From: Acidimicrobiia bacterium
GTDB lineage: Bacteria; Actinomycetota; Acidimicrobiia; Spongiisociales; ZC4RG35
DNA: 64,000 nucleotides
Assembly (NCBI GenBank): GCA_965215185.1
Contig: OZ244034.1
Span: 1,874,244 to 1,938,243, forward strand
Direction of reading: 5' to 3'
Under the pieces are notes generated by a model. That model was given only the letters and a program-made list of their open reading frames with translations. It was not told the origin of the DNA and did no database searches. Of the stretch, positions 18,096-26,813 are shown in pieces; within the stretch, counting starts at the first letter, position 1; every line of letters starts with the position of its first letter. Position numbers and translations under genes: made by a program.

Positions 18096-18509
18096 ATGGA
18101 TGCTGACGTACTCGGTCTCGCCAAGGTCATTTCCAAAATCCGGCCTGATGTCACGTACCCGGGCGATCCGGGCGGGGAGATCAGAAAGCGGGTACGACCA
18201 CCCTGCCCGATCACCGATACTGAAACCACGGACCTCATATGGATCCCACAAGTCGCCCAGCGAGACTGGACCATCATCACCCGAGACCGGAATATTTCAC
18301 GAAAACCAGCGGAGCGCGATACCGTGATCGCTTACAACGCTAAGCTTTTTGTCTTTATTAAGCCCATCAATAAGAACTTTGATCTGTGGTCTCAACTGGA
18401 AGTCCTGATGACTCGATGGCGCGACATCGAACGACTCGGCGAAGAATCCGGGCCATTTATCTATAACGTCCATCGCACCACCGTCAATAGGGTCTGGCCA
18501 GCGGTTTAG
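18096..18509 (+). CDS. DUF5615 / PIN-like predicted nuclease (putative toxin partner of DUF433)
   Basis: MDADVLGLAKVI... start typical of DUF5615. Immediately downstream of the DUF433 gene. Low GC. Confidence 0.5.
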   Translation: MDADVLGLAKVISKIRPDVTYPGDPGGEIRKRVRPPCPITDTETTDLIWIPQVAQRDWTIITRDRNISRKPAERDTVIAYNAKLFVFIKPINKNFDLWSQLEVLMTRWRDIERLGEESGPFIYNVHRTTVNRVWPAV

Positions 18510-18555
18510 GTTATATCTTCGGGTCTCTATTTCTGTCCGGAGGTGGAATGGGCAG

Positions 18556-18650
18556 TCAGTACTCCTTATCCCTGAATCCCTGGACCTGCTGGTGGGAGAG
18601 ATCTACGAGGAGGTGAAGCTCAGCTTAAGGCCCTGACGATGATGGCCTTC
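18556..18650 (+). pseudogene. diverged remnant of the 3' end of the YbjN-like gene (duplicate of 17040-17133)
   Basis: Translates to LDLLVGEIYEEVKLSLRP* against the intact LDLLLGEMYEAVELSFRPLAMMAFRKN. About 80% nucleotide identity with a 1-bp deletion. Confidence 0.6.
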
Positions 18651-19097
18651 CCCGATTCGCGGATAGAGCGCCCCGAATGAGCTTGAACACCCCGTCCAAC
18701 CGCTGACATCCCGTCATAATCCTTCATCCTCGGCAGAGGCACTTCAACATAAACTCGGAGGCTAAAGGATGACAGGGAGTAACCCCCATGGATGAGGTAA
18801 CCGGTAGCGGGGAGGAGACAGCTGTCACTAAGAACGGTCGCCCGGTTTGGCTGGCGCCTTGCCGCAGAAAACCGGACTCTTTCTTGGGCCGCGACCGGGA
18901 CAATATTGGCATTCTGGGCGACACCATCAAGCCAGTGAATACGGAATGGGAGGCCGAGACCAACCCAGGCAGGGTGCTGAATCCTTGATCTTGCTGAATC
19001 TGGGTAGAGGCGGAGGACAGACCAGGCTTCACCTTTGGGTCGCCCGGGTTCTAGCCTGTGGAGTCTGCGGCCTTTATCCTGTTGATCAGCCAGACCC

Positions 19098-19940
19098 ATG
19101 AGCCTTCCCATCAACTTTCTCTCCGATTTTGGAACCGACGACGAATTCGTTGGCGTAGTTCACGGCGTTTTAGCCCGGATTGCTCCCCAGTCGCGGGTGA
19201 TCGACATCAACCATGGGATCGCGGCGGGGAGCGTACGGGCCGGCGCCCTTTCCCTGCTCCGCGCCGTTCAATACCTTCCCGCCGGAGTGACCCTGGCGGT
19301 GGTCGATCCCGGAGTGGGGACCGACCGCCGGGCCTTGGCCGTGGAAACCCTTGAGATGACTTTCGTCGGACCTGACAACGGCCTCCTCTCACCCGCGGTG
19401 GCCATGATGGGAGGAGCCCTTCAGATGGTCTCGATTGAAAACCCCGACTATCGCCTGCCGGGCGCCGGCAACACCTTCTGGGGACGGGATGTCTTTGCTC
19501 CCGCCGCCGGGTCGTTGGCGGCGGGAGAAGCGCGCCTGGCTGACCTTGGCCCTTCGCTCGGACCCCATGAAGTCACTCCCCTGCTACTGCCTCTGTCGGA
19601 AATAACCGCCGGCCGGGTGAGCGGTGAAGCCTGGTGGGTGGACACCTACGGCAACGTCCAAACCAACATCTCCCCAGACGACCTGCAGGTCGCCGGCCTG
19701 GAGACCTGCTCGGAGCTTGCGGTGCGATTGGGCGCCTCCGTCCACCACATTCGGATGGCAGAGACCTACGCCCAGGTGGGCAGGGGCGAGATGCTGATCC
19801 ATGTCGACTCGGCGGGGATGCTGGCCTTGGCGATGAGAGGAGGGCGGGCCTGTGACCGGCTGAGCCTCACCGAGGGGAGGTCAGTGGTCATGGAGAGAAC
19901 ATCAGTCCCCACAGTTGCACCACCGCCGCCACCACGATGA
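19098..19940 (+). CDS. S-adenosyl-L-methionine hydroxide adenosyltransferase (SAM hydrolase, fluorinase/DUF62 family)
   Basis: 280 aa. Motifs FLSDFGTDDEFVGVVHGV and WWVDTYGNVQTN characteristic of the SAM hydroxide adenosyltransferase fold. Confidence 0.75.
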   Translation: MSLPINFLSDFGTDDEFVGVVHGVLARIAPQSRVIDINHGIAAGSVRAGALSLLRAVQYLPAGVTLAVVDPGVGTDRRALAVETLEMTFVGPDNGLLSPAVAMMGGALQMVSIENPDYRLPGAGNTFWGRDVFAPAAGSLAAGEARLADLGPSLGPHEVTPLLLPLSEITAGRVSGEAWWVDTYGNVQTNISPDDLQVAGLETCSELAVRLGASVHHIRMAETYAQVGRGEMLIHVDSAGMLALAMRGGRACDRLSLTEGRSVVMERTSVPTVAPPPPPR

Positions 19941-20028
19941 TCAAGGCCAGGGCCACTATCACTATCGCGGTGCCGGGTCGCACTATGTCACTTCCAAGAA
20001 CGGGGACGGGAATTACCCAGGATATCCG

Positions 20029-20340
20029 ATGGCAGAGACGGCGGTGAGAAGCCGACGTCGCTACCTGGTGTTGTACACCCGCCCGCAGTGCCACCTGTGC
20101 GCGGTGGCGGAGCCTCGGGTGCGACGGGCCGCGATTCTGATAGGTATGGCGGTGCAAACAGTGAACATCGATGACCAGCCTGATCTGGCGGTCGACTACG
20201 GACTTAGGATCCCGGTGGTTGAGGGTTCAAACGGGGAGGTGTTGGCCGAGGGGCAGTTCAGCACTTGGCGGCTGTGGTCGGCGATCCTGCGAAGAAGGTG
20301 GGGTCCCAGATCCCGGCAGGCGGGTCCCGAGGCGGGTTGA
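20029..20340 (+). CDS. glutaredoxin-like / thioredoxin-fold protein (CxxC)
   Basis: Start reassigned to MAETAVRS. YTRPQCHLCAV CxxC motif. DUF836-like. Confidence 0.5.
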   Translation: MAETAVRSRRRYLVLYTRPQCHLCAVAEPRVRRAAILIGMAVQTVNIDDQPDLAVDYGLRIPVVEGSNGEVLAEGQFSTWRLWSAILRRRWGPRSRQAGPEAG

Positions 20341-20359
20341 CCCGCCTCCAATGATCAGC

Positions 20360-21397
20360 CTATTCCGCCTCGGTCTCTGCGGTTTCGGCCTGGTCGGGCT
20401 CCCCGGTCCCCTCTTGCCCTCCTCCTTCACCTGGCGGCTCTTCGCCGACGATCAAGCCGCACTCCTGCAGAGTCTCATCGGGGTCGGCCCCTCCGAAGCG
20501 GATCCGCTCGAAGGCCACCACCGAGGCTATTTCCTCTGCGGTGTTGCTGGTGCCGAAGGCGGACATGAAGCCGCCTCCACCCACAGGTTTGGCCAGATCG
20601 CCATAGGTATCGATTCCCGCGTCCAGAAAACCCCCGGTGGCCAGAGTCACCCACTCTATGTGGTCCGAGCAACTGGAGAATGTGGATAGCACGGTGGCGA
20701 GCGCCGGCCCCACTCCCCCTTCGCCGTTGGCCCCATGACATCCCGCACAGGTCTCGAAAATCGCTTCCCCCACCACCAGAAATTCACCCGCCGGGTCTTC
20801 CGCCCGACCGGTGAATTCGCTGCCGTCGCAGTTGACCACCGTGGCATTGAGCCGATCGACCGCCAACTCCACACCTCCATCAACACAACCCGCCCGCGCC
20901 GAGTTCCCCGCCAGATACAGCAAACCGATAGTAGGTATCACCAGGAATAGGGCGGCGAGCCAACGAGGCAGACTGGATGAGGTTCTCTCGGTCAGGTGAG
21001 CGGTCGGCACCGACACCACCACCGGGAAAGAAACCGCTTCTTTGAGGGTGACCTCCGACGGCGTCGGCGGTGGGGCGGCCACGATGGGGACGGAGGGAAC
21101 AGGGGCAGCGGTGGGGATCGCCGGGGTAGGCGCCGTGGGAATCGCAACAGGCGGGGGGGTGGCAGGCGGGGTAGGCGCCATCGCCGCAGTTGCGGTGGGG
21201 GCGGCCGCAGTTGGCGCGGCGGGGGTGGGCGCAGAGGCCGGAGCGGAGGCTGCTGGAGCAGATCCGCCACCTGCCCAAGCCGCCAGAATCTCCTCGACGG
21301 GGACCCCGCTTGCGGCCGACCGCGCTTCGGCCGAGCGCTGGACTAAAACCTCCGGGGCGCCCATGGCTTCAGCCGCTCTGGCCAGATTTTCACTCAT
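20360..21397 (-). CDS. membrane-anchored monohaem cytochrome c with N-terminal cytoplasmic module and Ala/Pro-rich linker
   Basis: CAGCH haem motif. One TM (LPRWLAALFLVIPTIGLLYLAG). N-terminus MSENLARAAEAMGAPEVLVQRSAEARSAASGVPVEEILAAWAG is shared with the two neighbouring subunits. Confidence 0.7.
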   Translation of the reverse strand: MSENLARAAEAMGAPEVLVQRSAEARSAASGVPVEEILAAWAGGGSAPAASAPASAPTPAAPTAAAPTATAAMAPTPPATPPPVAIPTAPTPAIPTAAPVPSVPIVAAPPPTPSEVTLKEAVSFPVVVSVPTAHLTERTSSSLPRWLAALFLVIPTIGLLYLAGNSARAGCVDGGVELAVDRLNATVVNCDGSEFTGRAEDPAGEFLVVGEAIFETCAGCHGANGEGGVGPALATVLSTFSSCSDHIEWVTLATGGFLDAGIDTYGDLAKPVGGGGFMSAFGTSNTAEEIASVVAFERIRFGGADPDETLQECGLIVGEEPPGEGGGQEGTGEPDQAETAETEAE

Positions 21398-22220
21398 CGG
21401 ATCCGCCGTCGGTCAAGACTCGGGACTCCACCAGGTAAGCCACCAAAGAATCCATCGAACTGCCCCCGTAGGACAAATGCCCACCCTCACCCGAGAGCAC
21501 CGCTTGGATGTCGTCGGGCGCCATCCGGTTCCCTACATTGGCCAAGTCCGGGCCATAACGCTGCCGCCCGATCACTTGGTTGGAGTCGGACAGCGTCACC
21601 CCGCCCTGTCCCGCCAAGGCGGCCAATTGGGCGTCGGCAATTATGGGGCGGACCATTTGGGTATGGCAGGCCGCACACCCCTCCGCCAGATACTCGCCCT
21701 GACCCTGCAGAGCCATCTCACTATAGGGGATCTCGGAGTGGAGCACTCCCCTACCCAAACCCGAGATCGTGGGGACCACCAAGGTGATGGCCAGGCACAG
21801 GACCAACAGGGCGGCTGCGCCGAAGAAATACCGCAAAGGCCGATCCACCCGACCCGTCAAGATCGGGGGCGGTCCCTCGACCGTCGGGGCATAGACCACT
21901 ACCGGTCTCTGAGGAGGAGAGGATACCGTAGCCGCGACGGCGGCAGGAGCGGCTGCCGGGGCCTCAGAGGGTGCGGGAGTGGCAGCAGGTACGGGCGCAG
22001 GGCGTGCAACGGCAGGCTCGAGTTCGGCGCGGGCAGGCGACGGTGCGGGGGCGGCGGCAGGCGGTGCTTCAGGGGCGGGTTCCGGTCCCTGTCCCGCCCA
22101 AGCTCTCAGGATTTCTTCGACAGAGACGCCACTGGCGCTGGCCCGGGCTTCTGCGGAGCGTTGCACCAACTCGGTGGGAGCTCCCACGACCTGCGCGGCG
22201 GCCTCCAACAGCTCGCTCAT
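21390..22220 (-). CDS. membrane-anchored monohaem cytochrome c, paralogous N-terminal module
   Basis: CAACH haem motif. One TM. N-terminus MSELLEAAAQVVGAPTELVQRSAEARASASGVSVEEILRAWAG. ATGA overlap with the upstream membrane protein gene. Confidence 0.7.
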   Translation of the reverse strand: MSELLEAAAQVVGAPTELVQRSAEARASASGVSVEEILRAWAGQGPEPAPEAPPAAAPAPSPARAELEPAVARPAPVPAATPAPSEAPAAAPAAVAATVSSPPQRPVVVYAPTVEGPPPILTGRVDRPLRYFFGAAALLVLCLAITLVVPTISGLGRGVLHSEIPYSEMALQGQGEYLAEGCAACHTQMVRPIIADAQLAALAGQGGVTLSDSNQVIGRQRYGPDLANVGNRMAPDDIQAVLSGEGGHLSYGGSSMDSLVAYLVESRVLTDGGSDE

Positions 22221-23623
22221 TCTTCTTCCTCTTCCCGCATCTGAGATTCCGACGGTTCCGATCTGCCGGAATCGGCAGGTTCCTGGTCAGCGGCCAAGGC
22301 GAGAATCTCCTGGGCGGCCGGTCGTCCAGAGGTGAAGGTCCTCAACACCGCCAAACAGAAGGAGAGCTGACCTACCAGCGTCAGCAGACCCGACAGTATG
22401 GACAATCCCACCAGCAACGAGGCCATACCCACCAGACTCTCCCAACCATCCCCGGTGGGGCTGACACCGGTATAGGACCCTCCCGTCCAACCGTAACCCG
22501 ACATCAGTCCGGCGCCCACCAACAGGGCGGAAGTCAAGCCCACCCCCCAGAAGGTGAAGCGCAGATGAAGCTGGGCAAGCCCCACTCCGGCCATCTTCCG
22601 GCCAGTGATCGACGGAAGCGCCTGATACGACCAAGCCGCCACCAGCAGCCCGCCGGCTCCGAACAGGGCAGCGTAGAGCACACCGTCCCAAAACGGCGTG
22701 AGACCCACCACCGCCGCCGCGGAACGGACGGCGCCGAAGCTGGTCAAAGCCGCGGTCATCAAAGCGAAAAAGACACCCGCCAAGGCGGCCGCCACCACGG
22801 GACGCGTTCTTCGCTCCGCCCAGAACTGATCGGCGGTCAAGGCGAAGTTGGCGGCGTTGGCCAAAGCAGACACGGGAAGGGCGAGGGTCATCAGGAATGC
22901 CACCGCTTCCAACCAACCGGGAACCGGGCCGAAAACCAAGGGGGCGACTCCCGACCATGCCGACGCGAAAGCCAGCGACCAGAAACCCACTCTGGCCAAC
23001 TGCCGGCTGGCGAGAGGGTTTCCCGTCTCCTTCACCAAGGCGTAGTAGGCAAGCCCGATTCCCATTCCCACCACCCACAGGTTGGCGAGTCCAAACAGAG
23101 CGACCGACTCGGATAGGGCTCCACCCATCGCCGAGGACGCGGGAAGCGCCCCCACCAGATACAGCAACGGAAGCCACACCACCCCACCCATGGCATACCA
23201 CAAAGAAACATAGATATTGGGTTCTTGCCGATGCCGGACCGTAGAGATGGTGACCAACATCGGCGTCAGCAGGGTCAGGAACAACGGAAGGGCGACCCAC
23301 CAGGGAAGAGAGAAAGGACCCGTCCCATCTCCCCAACCCAACAACACCACTACCGCGCCCACCACGGTCACCAGGGCCGTGGCCACTCCCCCCGCCAATG
23401 CCAATCCTTCGCCGCGCAGGCGGGCGCCGGTGAGCCTGGGCAGCAAATAGTAGATTCCACCGACCAGCGACAGGGTCAACCAGCCCATCACGGCCAGCAG
23501 CAGGGCGATCGGGCGGATGCGACCGTAGGAGAAGGGCCCGGTCAGCGTCCCCGGGAACCGCAGTTCCACCATCGCCGCCACCCACACGACCCCGGCCAGG
23601 GCCAAAAAGGCGGTGGAGATCAC
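22217..23623 (-). CDS. polytopic (about 12-TM) integral membrane protein, unknown function, first gene of the cytochrome c operon
   Basis: 468 aa, highly hydrophobic, acidic C-terminal tail. YYLLPRLTGARL motif faintly like haem-copper oxidase subunit I, but only 2 His in the whole protein. Confidence 0.55.
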   Translation of the reverse strand: MISTAFLALAGVVWVAAMVELRFPGTLTGPFSYGRIRPIALLLAVMGWLTLSLVGGIYYLLPRLTGARLRGEGLALAGGVATALVTVVGAVVVLLGWGDGTGPFSLPWWVALPLFLTLLTPMLVTISTVRHRQEPNIYVSLWYAMGGVVWLPLLYLVGALPASSAMGGALSESVALFGLANLWVVGMGIGLAYYALVKETGNPLASRQLARVGFWSLAFASAWSGVAPLVFGPVPGWLEAVAFLMTLALPVSALANAANFALTADQFWAERRTRPVVAAALAGVFFALMTAALTSFGAVRSAAAVVGLTPFWDGVLYAALFGAGGLLVAAWSYQALPSITGRKMAGVGLAQLHLRFTFWGVGLTSALLVGAGLMSGYGWTGGSYTGVSPTGDGWESLVGMASLLVGLSILSGLLTLVGQLSFCLAVLRTFTSGRPAAQEILALAADQEPADSGRSEPSESQMREEEEE

Positions 23624-23938
23624 GATGTGCCATTTGGCAGCGGTATCAGAACCTAAGGTGTCCGACCACCCAGCGTAAGGCGCGACTCGCTTTTGCGGAT
23701 GTCCGACTTGATTATTCTTTGTCGTATTCAGAGCGCTACCCCCGGTGGCTCCGGAAATGAAAGGTTAGCCATGCTCGCCGCTCCAAAAGATAGCAAGAAA
23801 GAAACCCCACCGGGCGCAAGCGGCGCCGAGGGGCGTCAGGGCGGCCTTGGGATGAAAAAGGGTGCTAAGACTTTGTTTGAAGCACGTTCCGGTGTAAAAA
23901 TAGAAGTGCTTCGACCCCGGAAGGCCATCTGGTAAGAG

Positions 23939-24568
23939 ATGCACCGCCTCGCTTCTATAAGCTACCGAACAAGAATTCTCGTCGGTTGGTCGTCGCTATT
24001 GCTGGGAACAGGCCTCCTGGCGGTCGCCGTGCTGTGGATCCACTACTCGAAGCTGCCGCAGACCGAGATTGTCAACGGAGTGTCGACGGCGGTGGTGGTT
24101 GACTACTTCAACTGGATACCCCGAGGCTGGTTCTGGAAAAGCCTCGGTTATCTGGCCGCCCTGAGCGCCTCCCAGATGATGTTGGTGGGAGCGGCCTTCC
24201 TCTGGGTGCTTAACCAAAAGATGACCTGGGCGAGAGCGGCGTTTGCCGCCTTTTTGATCTGGATCGAGCTGGTGATGGTGTTCGGGATCGTTCCATCCGA
24301 GTGGCTGAACCTCTCTCAGACCGACCTGGACTGGTCGGGACAGCGGATCGCGTTACGGATCCCTCCGGCCTTGATGCTGGGCAACGAGGTCTCGATTAGT
24401 TGGGCGGCCATCAAAGACTCCATTTCAGGCGCCTACAACGTGGGAACGCTGGCCGCCGCCGGCGTCTTTGCCTACCTGCTCCAGCAGGTCTACAAGCCGC
24501 CCAAGAAGCAGGCCGCCAAGGTCAAAGTGTCACCCTATGGGCGGCCGCTGGTGAAGGGAGATCGTTGA
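23939..24568 (+). CDS. 4-TM membrane protein of unknown function, first gene of the bc-type operon
   Basis: 209 aa with four hydrophobic helices. Stop lies 1 bp before the ferredoxin start. Confidence 0.5.
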   Translation: MHRLASISYRTRILVGWSSLLLGTGLLAVAVLWIHYSKLPQTEIVNGVSTAVVVDYFNWIPRGWFWKSLGYLAALSASQMMLVGAAFLWVLNQKMTWARAAFAAFLIWIELVMVFGIVPSEWLNLSQTDLDWSGQRIALRIPPALMLGNEVSISWAAIKDSISGAYNVGTLAAAGVFAYLLQQVYKPPKKQAAKVKVSPYGRPLVKGDR

Positions 24569-24569
24569 G

Positions 24570-25019
24570 ATGCCCCGCGGTGTTGTGGACGAGACCCCGC
24601 CCTTTCGCGACGATTACCAGCTCACCCTGGTCGACAACAACTTCTATAACGGAAAGATCCGTCCCAAACAGTTTCTCCACATCGATCAGTCCGAATGCAT
24701 CCTTTGCGAGGGCTGTGTGGACATCTGCCCGTGGAAATGCATCTTTTATCTCTCCATGGAGGCCATCGACGAAGCGGTCAATGTCGACGATCCCCGCGAG
24801 GACCTCACCAACTATGGTTTCTTCGTTGTCGACGAGAACGAGTGCACCCGTTGCGCCCTGTGCATCGACCGCTGTCCCACCGGCGTCATCTCACTCGGCA
24901 AATTCGAAGGTTCTCTGGCCGCCCAGGCTGAAGAAATGGGGCTCAACTCGTCGCCCTGGGAGGTGGATACCGGCCAGAGGGACTTCAAACATGGCTATAC
25001 CTATGGAATGCGCTGGTAA
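24570..25019 (+). CDS. 2[4Fe-4S] dicluster ferredoxin-domain protein
   Basis: CILCEGCVDICP and CTRCALCIDRCP motifs. 149 aa. Confidence 0.75.
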   Translation: MPRGVVDETPPFRDDYQLTLVDNNFYNGKIRPKQFLHIDQSECILCEGCVDICPWKCIFYLSMEAIDEAVNVDDPREDLTNYGFFVVDENECTRCALCIDRCPTGVISLGKFEGSLAAQAEEMGLNSSPWEVDTGQRDFKHGYTYGMRW

Positions 25020-25029
25020 GGAGTGAAGC

Positions 25030-25818
25030 GTGAGTAGACAAAACGGCAAACAGGGCCTTTTGACCAAAGCCCGTACCCATGCGACCGGTTTGATGGGACG
25101 GGTCTGGTCCGGCCAGTTCATGGACTCGGTTCTGCGCCCCGGCTCCCCCTTCAAGAAGGGATACACCGACACTCCTCGTAACCGCTCCTATGTGATCATG
25201 AACAACGTGCTGTATCACCTCCATCCGGTGAAGGTGAAACGACACGGTGTGAAGCTCTCCTACACCCTGTGCCTGGGGGGGATGAGCTTTTTCCTGTTCA
25301 TTCTCCTGACCATCACCGGCATTTTCCTCATGTTCTATTACGCCCCCACCGCCGAGCGGGCCTACATAGATGTGCAGGCGCTGTCCACCGACATCGCGTT
25401 CGGCTCCCTGATGAGGAACATGCACCGATGGGGCGCCCATCTGATGGTGCTGACCGTGTTCCTCCACATGTCGAGAGTGTTTTACCACGGGGCTTACAAG
25501 CCGCCCCGCGAGTTCAACTGGATAGTGGGAGTCATCCTGTTGCTGTTGACCCTCCTCCTCTCCTTTACCGGGTATCTGCTTCCCTGGGACCAGTTGGCGC
25601 TGTGGGCCGTGACGGTGGGCAGCAACATGGCCGGCTTCGTTCCTGTCATAGGCGCGCAGGTGAAATTTGCCCTTTTGGGCGGAGTGGAGGTAACCGCGGG
25701 AACGCTTTTGCGATGGTATGTGCTCCACGTTCTCTTCCTGCCCTTCATCATCGTGATCTTCCTGGCAGTCCATTTCTGGAGAGTCCGCAAAGACGGCGGC
25801 ATCTCCGGCCCTCTCTAA
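25030..25818 (+). CDS. cytochrome b (N-terminal half, cytochrome b6-like) of a Rieske/cytochrome b complex
   Basis: Four TM helices. Bis-His haem ligands (HRWGAHLMV...H and HVLFLPF...H). 262 aa. Confidence 0.85.
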   Translation: MSRQNGKQGLLTKARTHATGLMGRVWSGQFMDSVLRPGSPFKKGYTDTPRNRSYVIMNNVLYHLHPVKVKRHGVKLSYTLCLGGMSFFLFILLTITGIFLMFYYAPTAERAYIDVQALSTDIAFGSLMRNMHRWGAHLMVLTVFLHMSRVFYHGAYKPPREFNWIVGVILLLLTLLLSFTGYLLPWDQLALWAVTVGSNMAGFVPVIGAQVKFALLGGVEVTAGTLLRWYVLHVLFLPFIIVIFLAVHFWRVRKDGGISGPL

Positions 25819-25837
25819 CCATGCAAGGTATGCGCTA

Positions 25838-26785
25838 GTGCCACAAATCCCTGAAGAACTGCTGAGACGCTCCGCCGAGGCGAAGGCCAAAGCGCTGGGT
25901 TTGCCGGTGGAACAGGTGCTGGCCGAGATGCGAGGGGAAGCTCCGGTCACCGAGATAGCCGCCGAGTCGGTGTCGGTGCCCGCTCCCCGCTTCGTTCCCA
26001 CCACAGCCCGCATCCCTGTTTCCGAGATGCCCCCCGACCCGCAGCCGCCCGACCCCGCCTCGGCGCCGCCGCCCGCCATCACGGCAGTGGACGAGGTGGA
26101 AGAAGCCCAAGCCGAAGTAGCCGAGACTCCCGCCGCTGAAGCCCCCACCGCTTCGGAACCGGGCGCGCCGGCCGGGGAGAACAGCGCCGGGAACGGACGG
26201 CTGGCGGCGGTCGTGTCGGTTCGACCCTCGGTGCCGCCCACCGACCTGCCCAAAGGCGTACGCCATCAACGACTGCTCACGGTGGTCAAAGCCCGAGCCA
26301 TCCAACAGGTAAAGGCCGATCCCACCGACAAGGTGAACACCTGGCCGCATCTGATGATCACCGAGTTCACCGCCCTCTTGGCGATGACCGCCTTTCTCCT
26401 GGTGCTCTCGGTCATCCTTCAGGCGCCTCTCCTGGAGTCGGCCAACTTCAACTCCACCCCCAACCCGTCCAAGGCGCCCTGGTACTTCTTGGGCCTGCAA
26501 GAGATGCTCTCCTACTTCGATCCGCAGATCGCCGGGGTGACCGTGCCGACGGTGATCGGGTTAGTGGGATTCATGATGATTCCCTACATAGACCGCAATC
26601 CCTCCACCCGCCCGTCGGACCGCAAACTGGCCATCATGCTTTACACCATCTTCCTGGCCGGGTCGGCGACCCTCACCATCCTGGGGGTGCTGTTCCGTGG
26701 CCCCGGGTTCAACTTCGTCTACCCATGGGTTGATGGGGTGTTCTTCGATGACCTGAAAGACTGGGTTGATTTTGGTGGGCACTGA
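25838..26785 (+). CDS. cytochrome b C-terminal half / subunit-IV-like protein with N-terminal cytoplasmic module and long Pro/Ala-rich linker
   Basis: PNPSKAPWYFLGLQEML, the PEWY-type motif of cytochrome b/PetD. N-terminus MPQIPEELLRRSAEAKAKALGLPVEQVLAEMRG matches the N-termini of the two cytochromes c. Confidence 0.75.
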   Translation: MPQIPEELLRRSAEAKAKALGLPVEQVLAEMRGEAPVTEIAAESVSVPAPRFVPTTARIPVSEMPPDPQPPDPASAPPPAITAVDEVEEAQAEVAETPAAEAPTASEPGAPAGENSAGNGRLAAVVSVRPSVPPTDLPKGVRHQRLLTVVKARAIQQVKADPTDKVNTWPHLMITEFTALLAMTAFLLVLSVILQAPLLESANFNSTPNPSKAPWYFLGLQEMLSYFDPQIAGVTVPTVIGLVGFMMIPYIDRNPSTRPSDRKLAIMLYTIFLAGSATLTILGVLFRGPGFNFVYPWVDGVFFDDLKDWVDFGGH

Positions 26786-26813
26786 TGGCCGTTAACTGGA
26801 TTCGGACGGCCTG

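Noticed and set aside
18620-19114. 164-aa reverse ORF upstream of the SAM hydrolase gene
   Set aside because: Non-protein-like composition (Arg/Ser/Gly-rich), no domain resemblance. The region is treated as non-coding.
19915-20028. His-rich N-terminal extension (MHHRRHHDDQGQGHYHY…) of the glutaredoxin-like ORF
   Set aside because: Overlaps the C-terminus of the SAM hydrolase gene in another frame. Start reassigned to MAETAV at 20029.
22287-26253. 448-aa and 422-aa reverse/forward antisense ORFs across the membrane-protein and cytochrome b genes
   Set aside because: Antisense to genes with clear haem-binding and TM signatures. Gly/Arg-rich artefacts.
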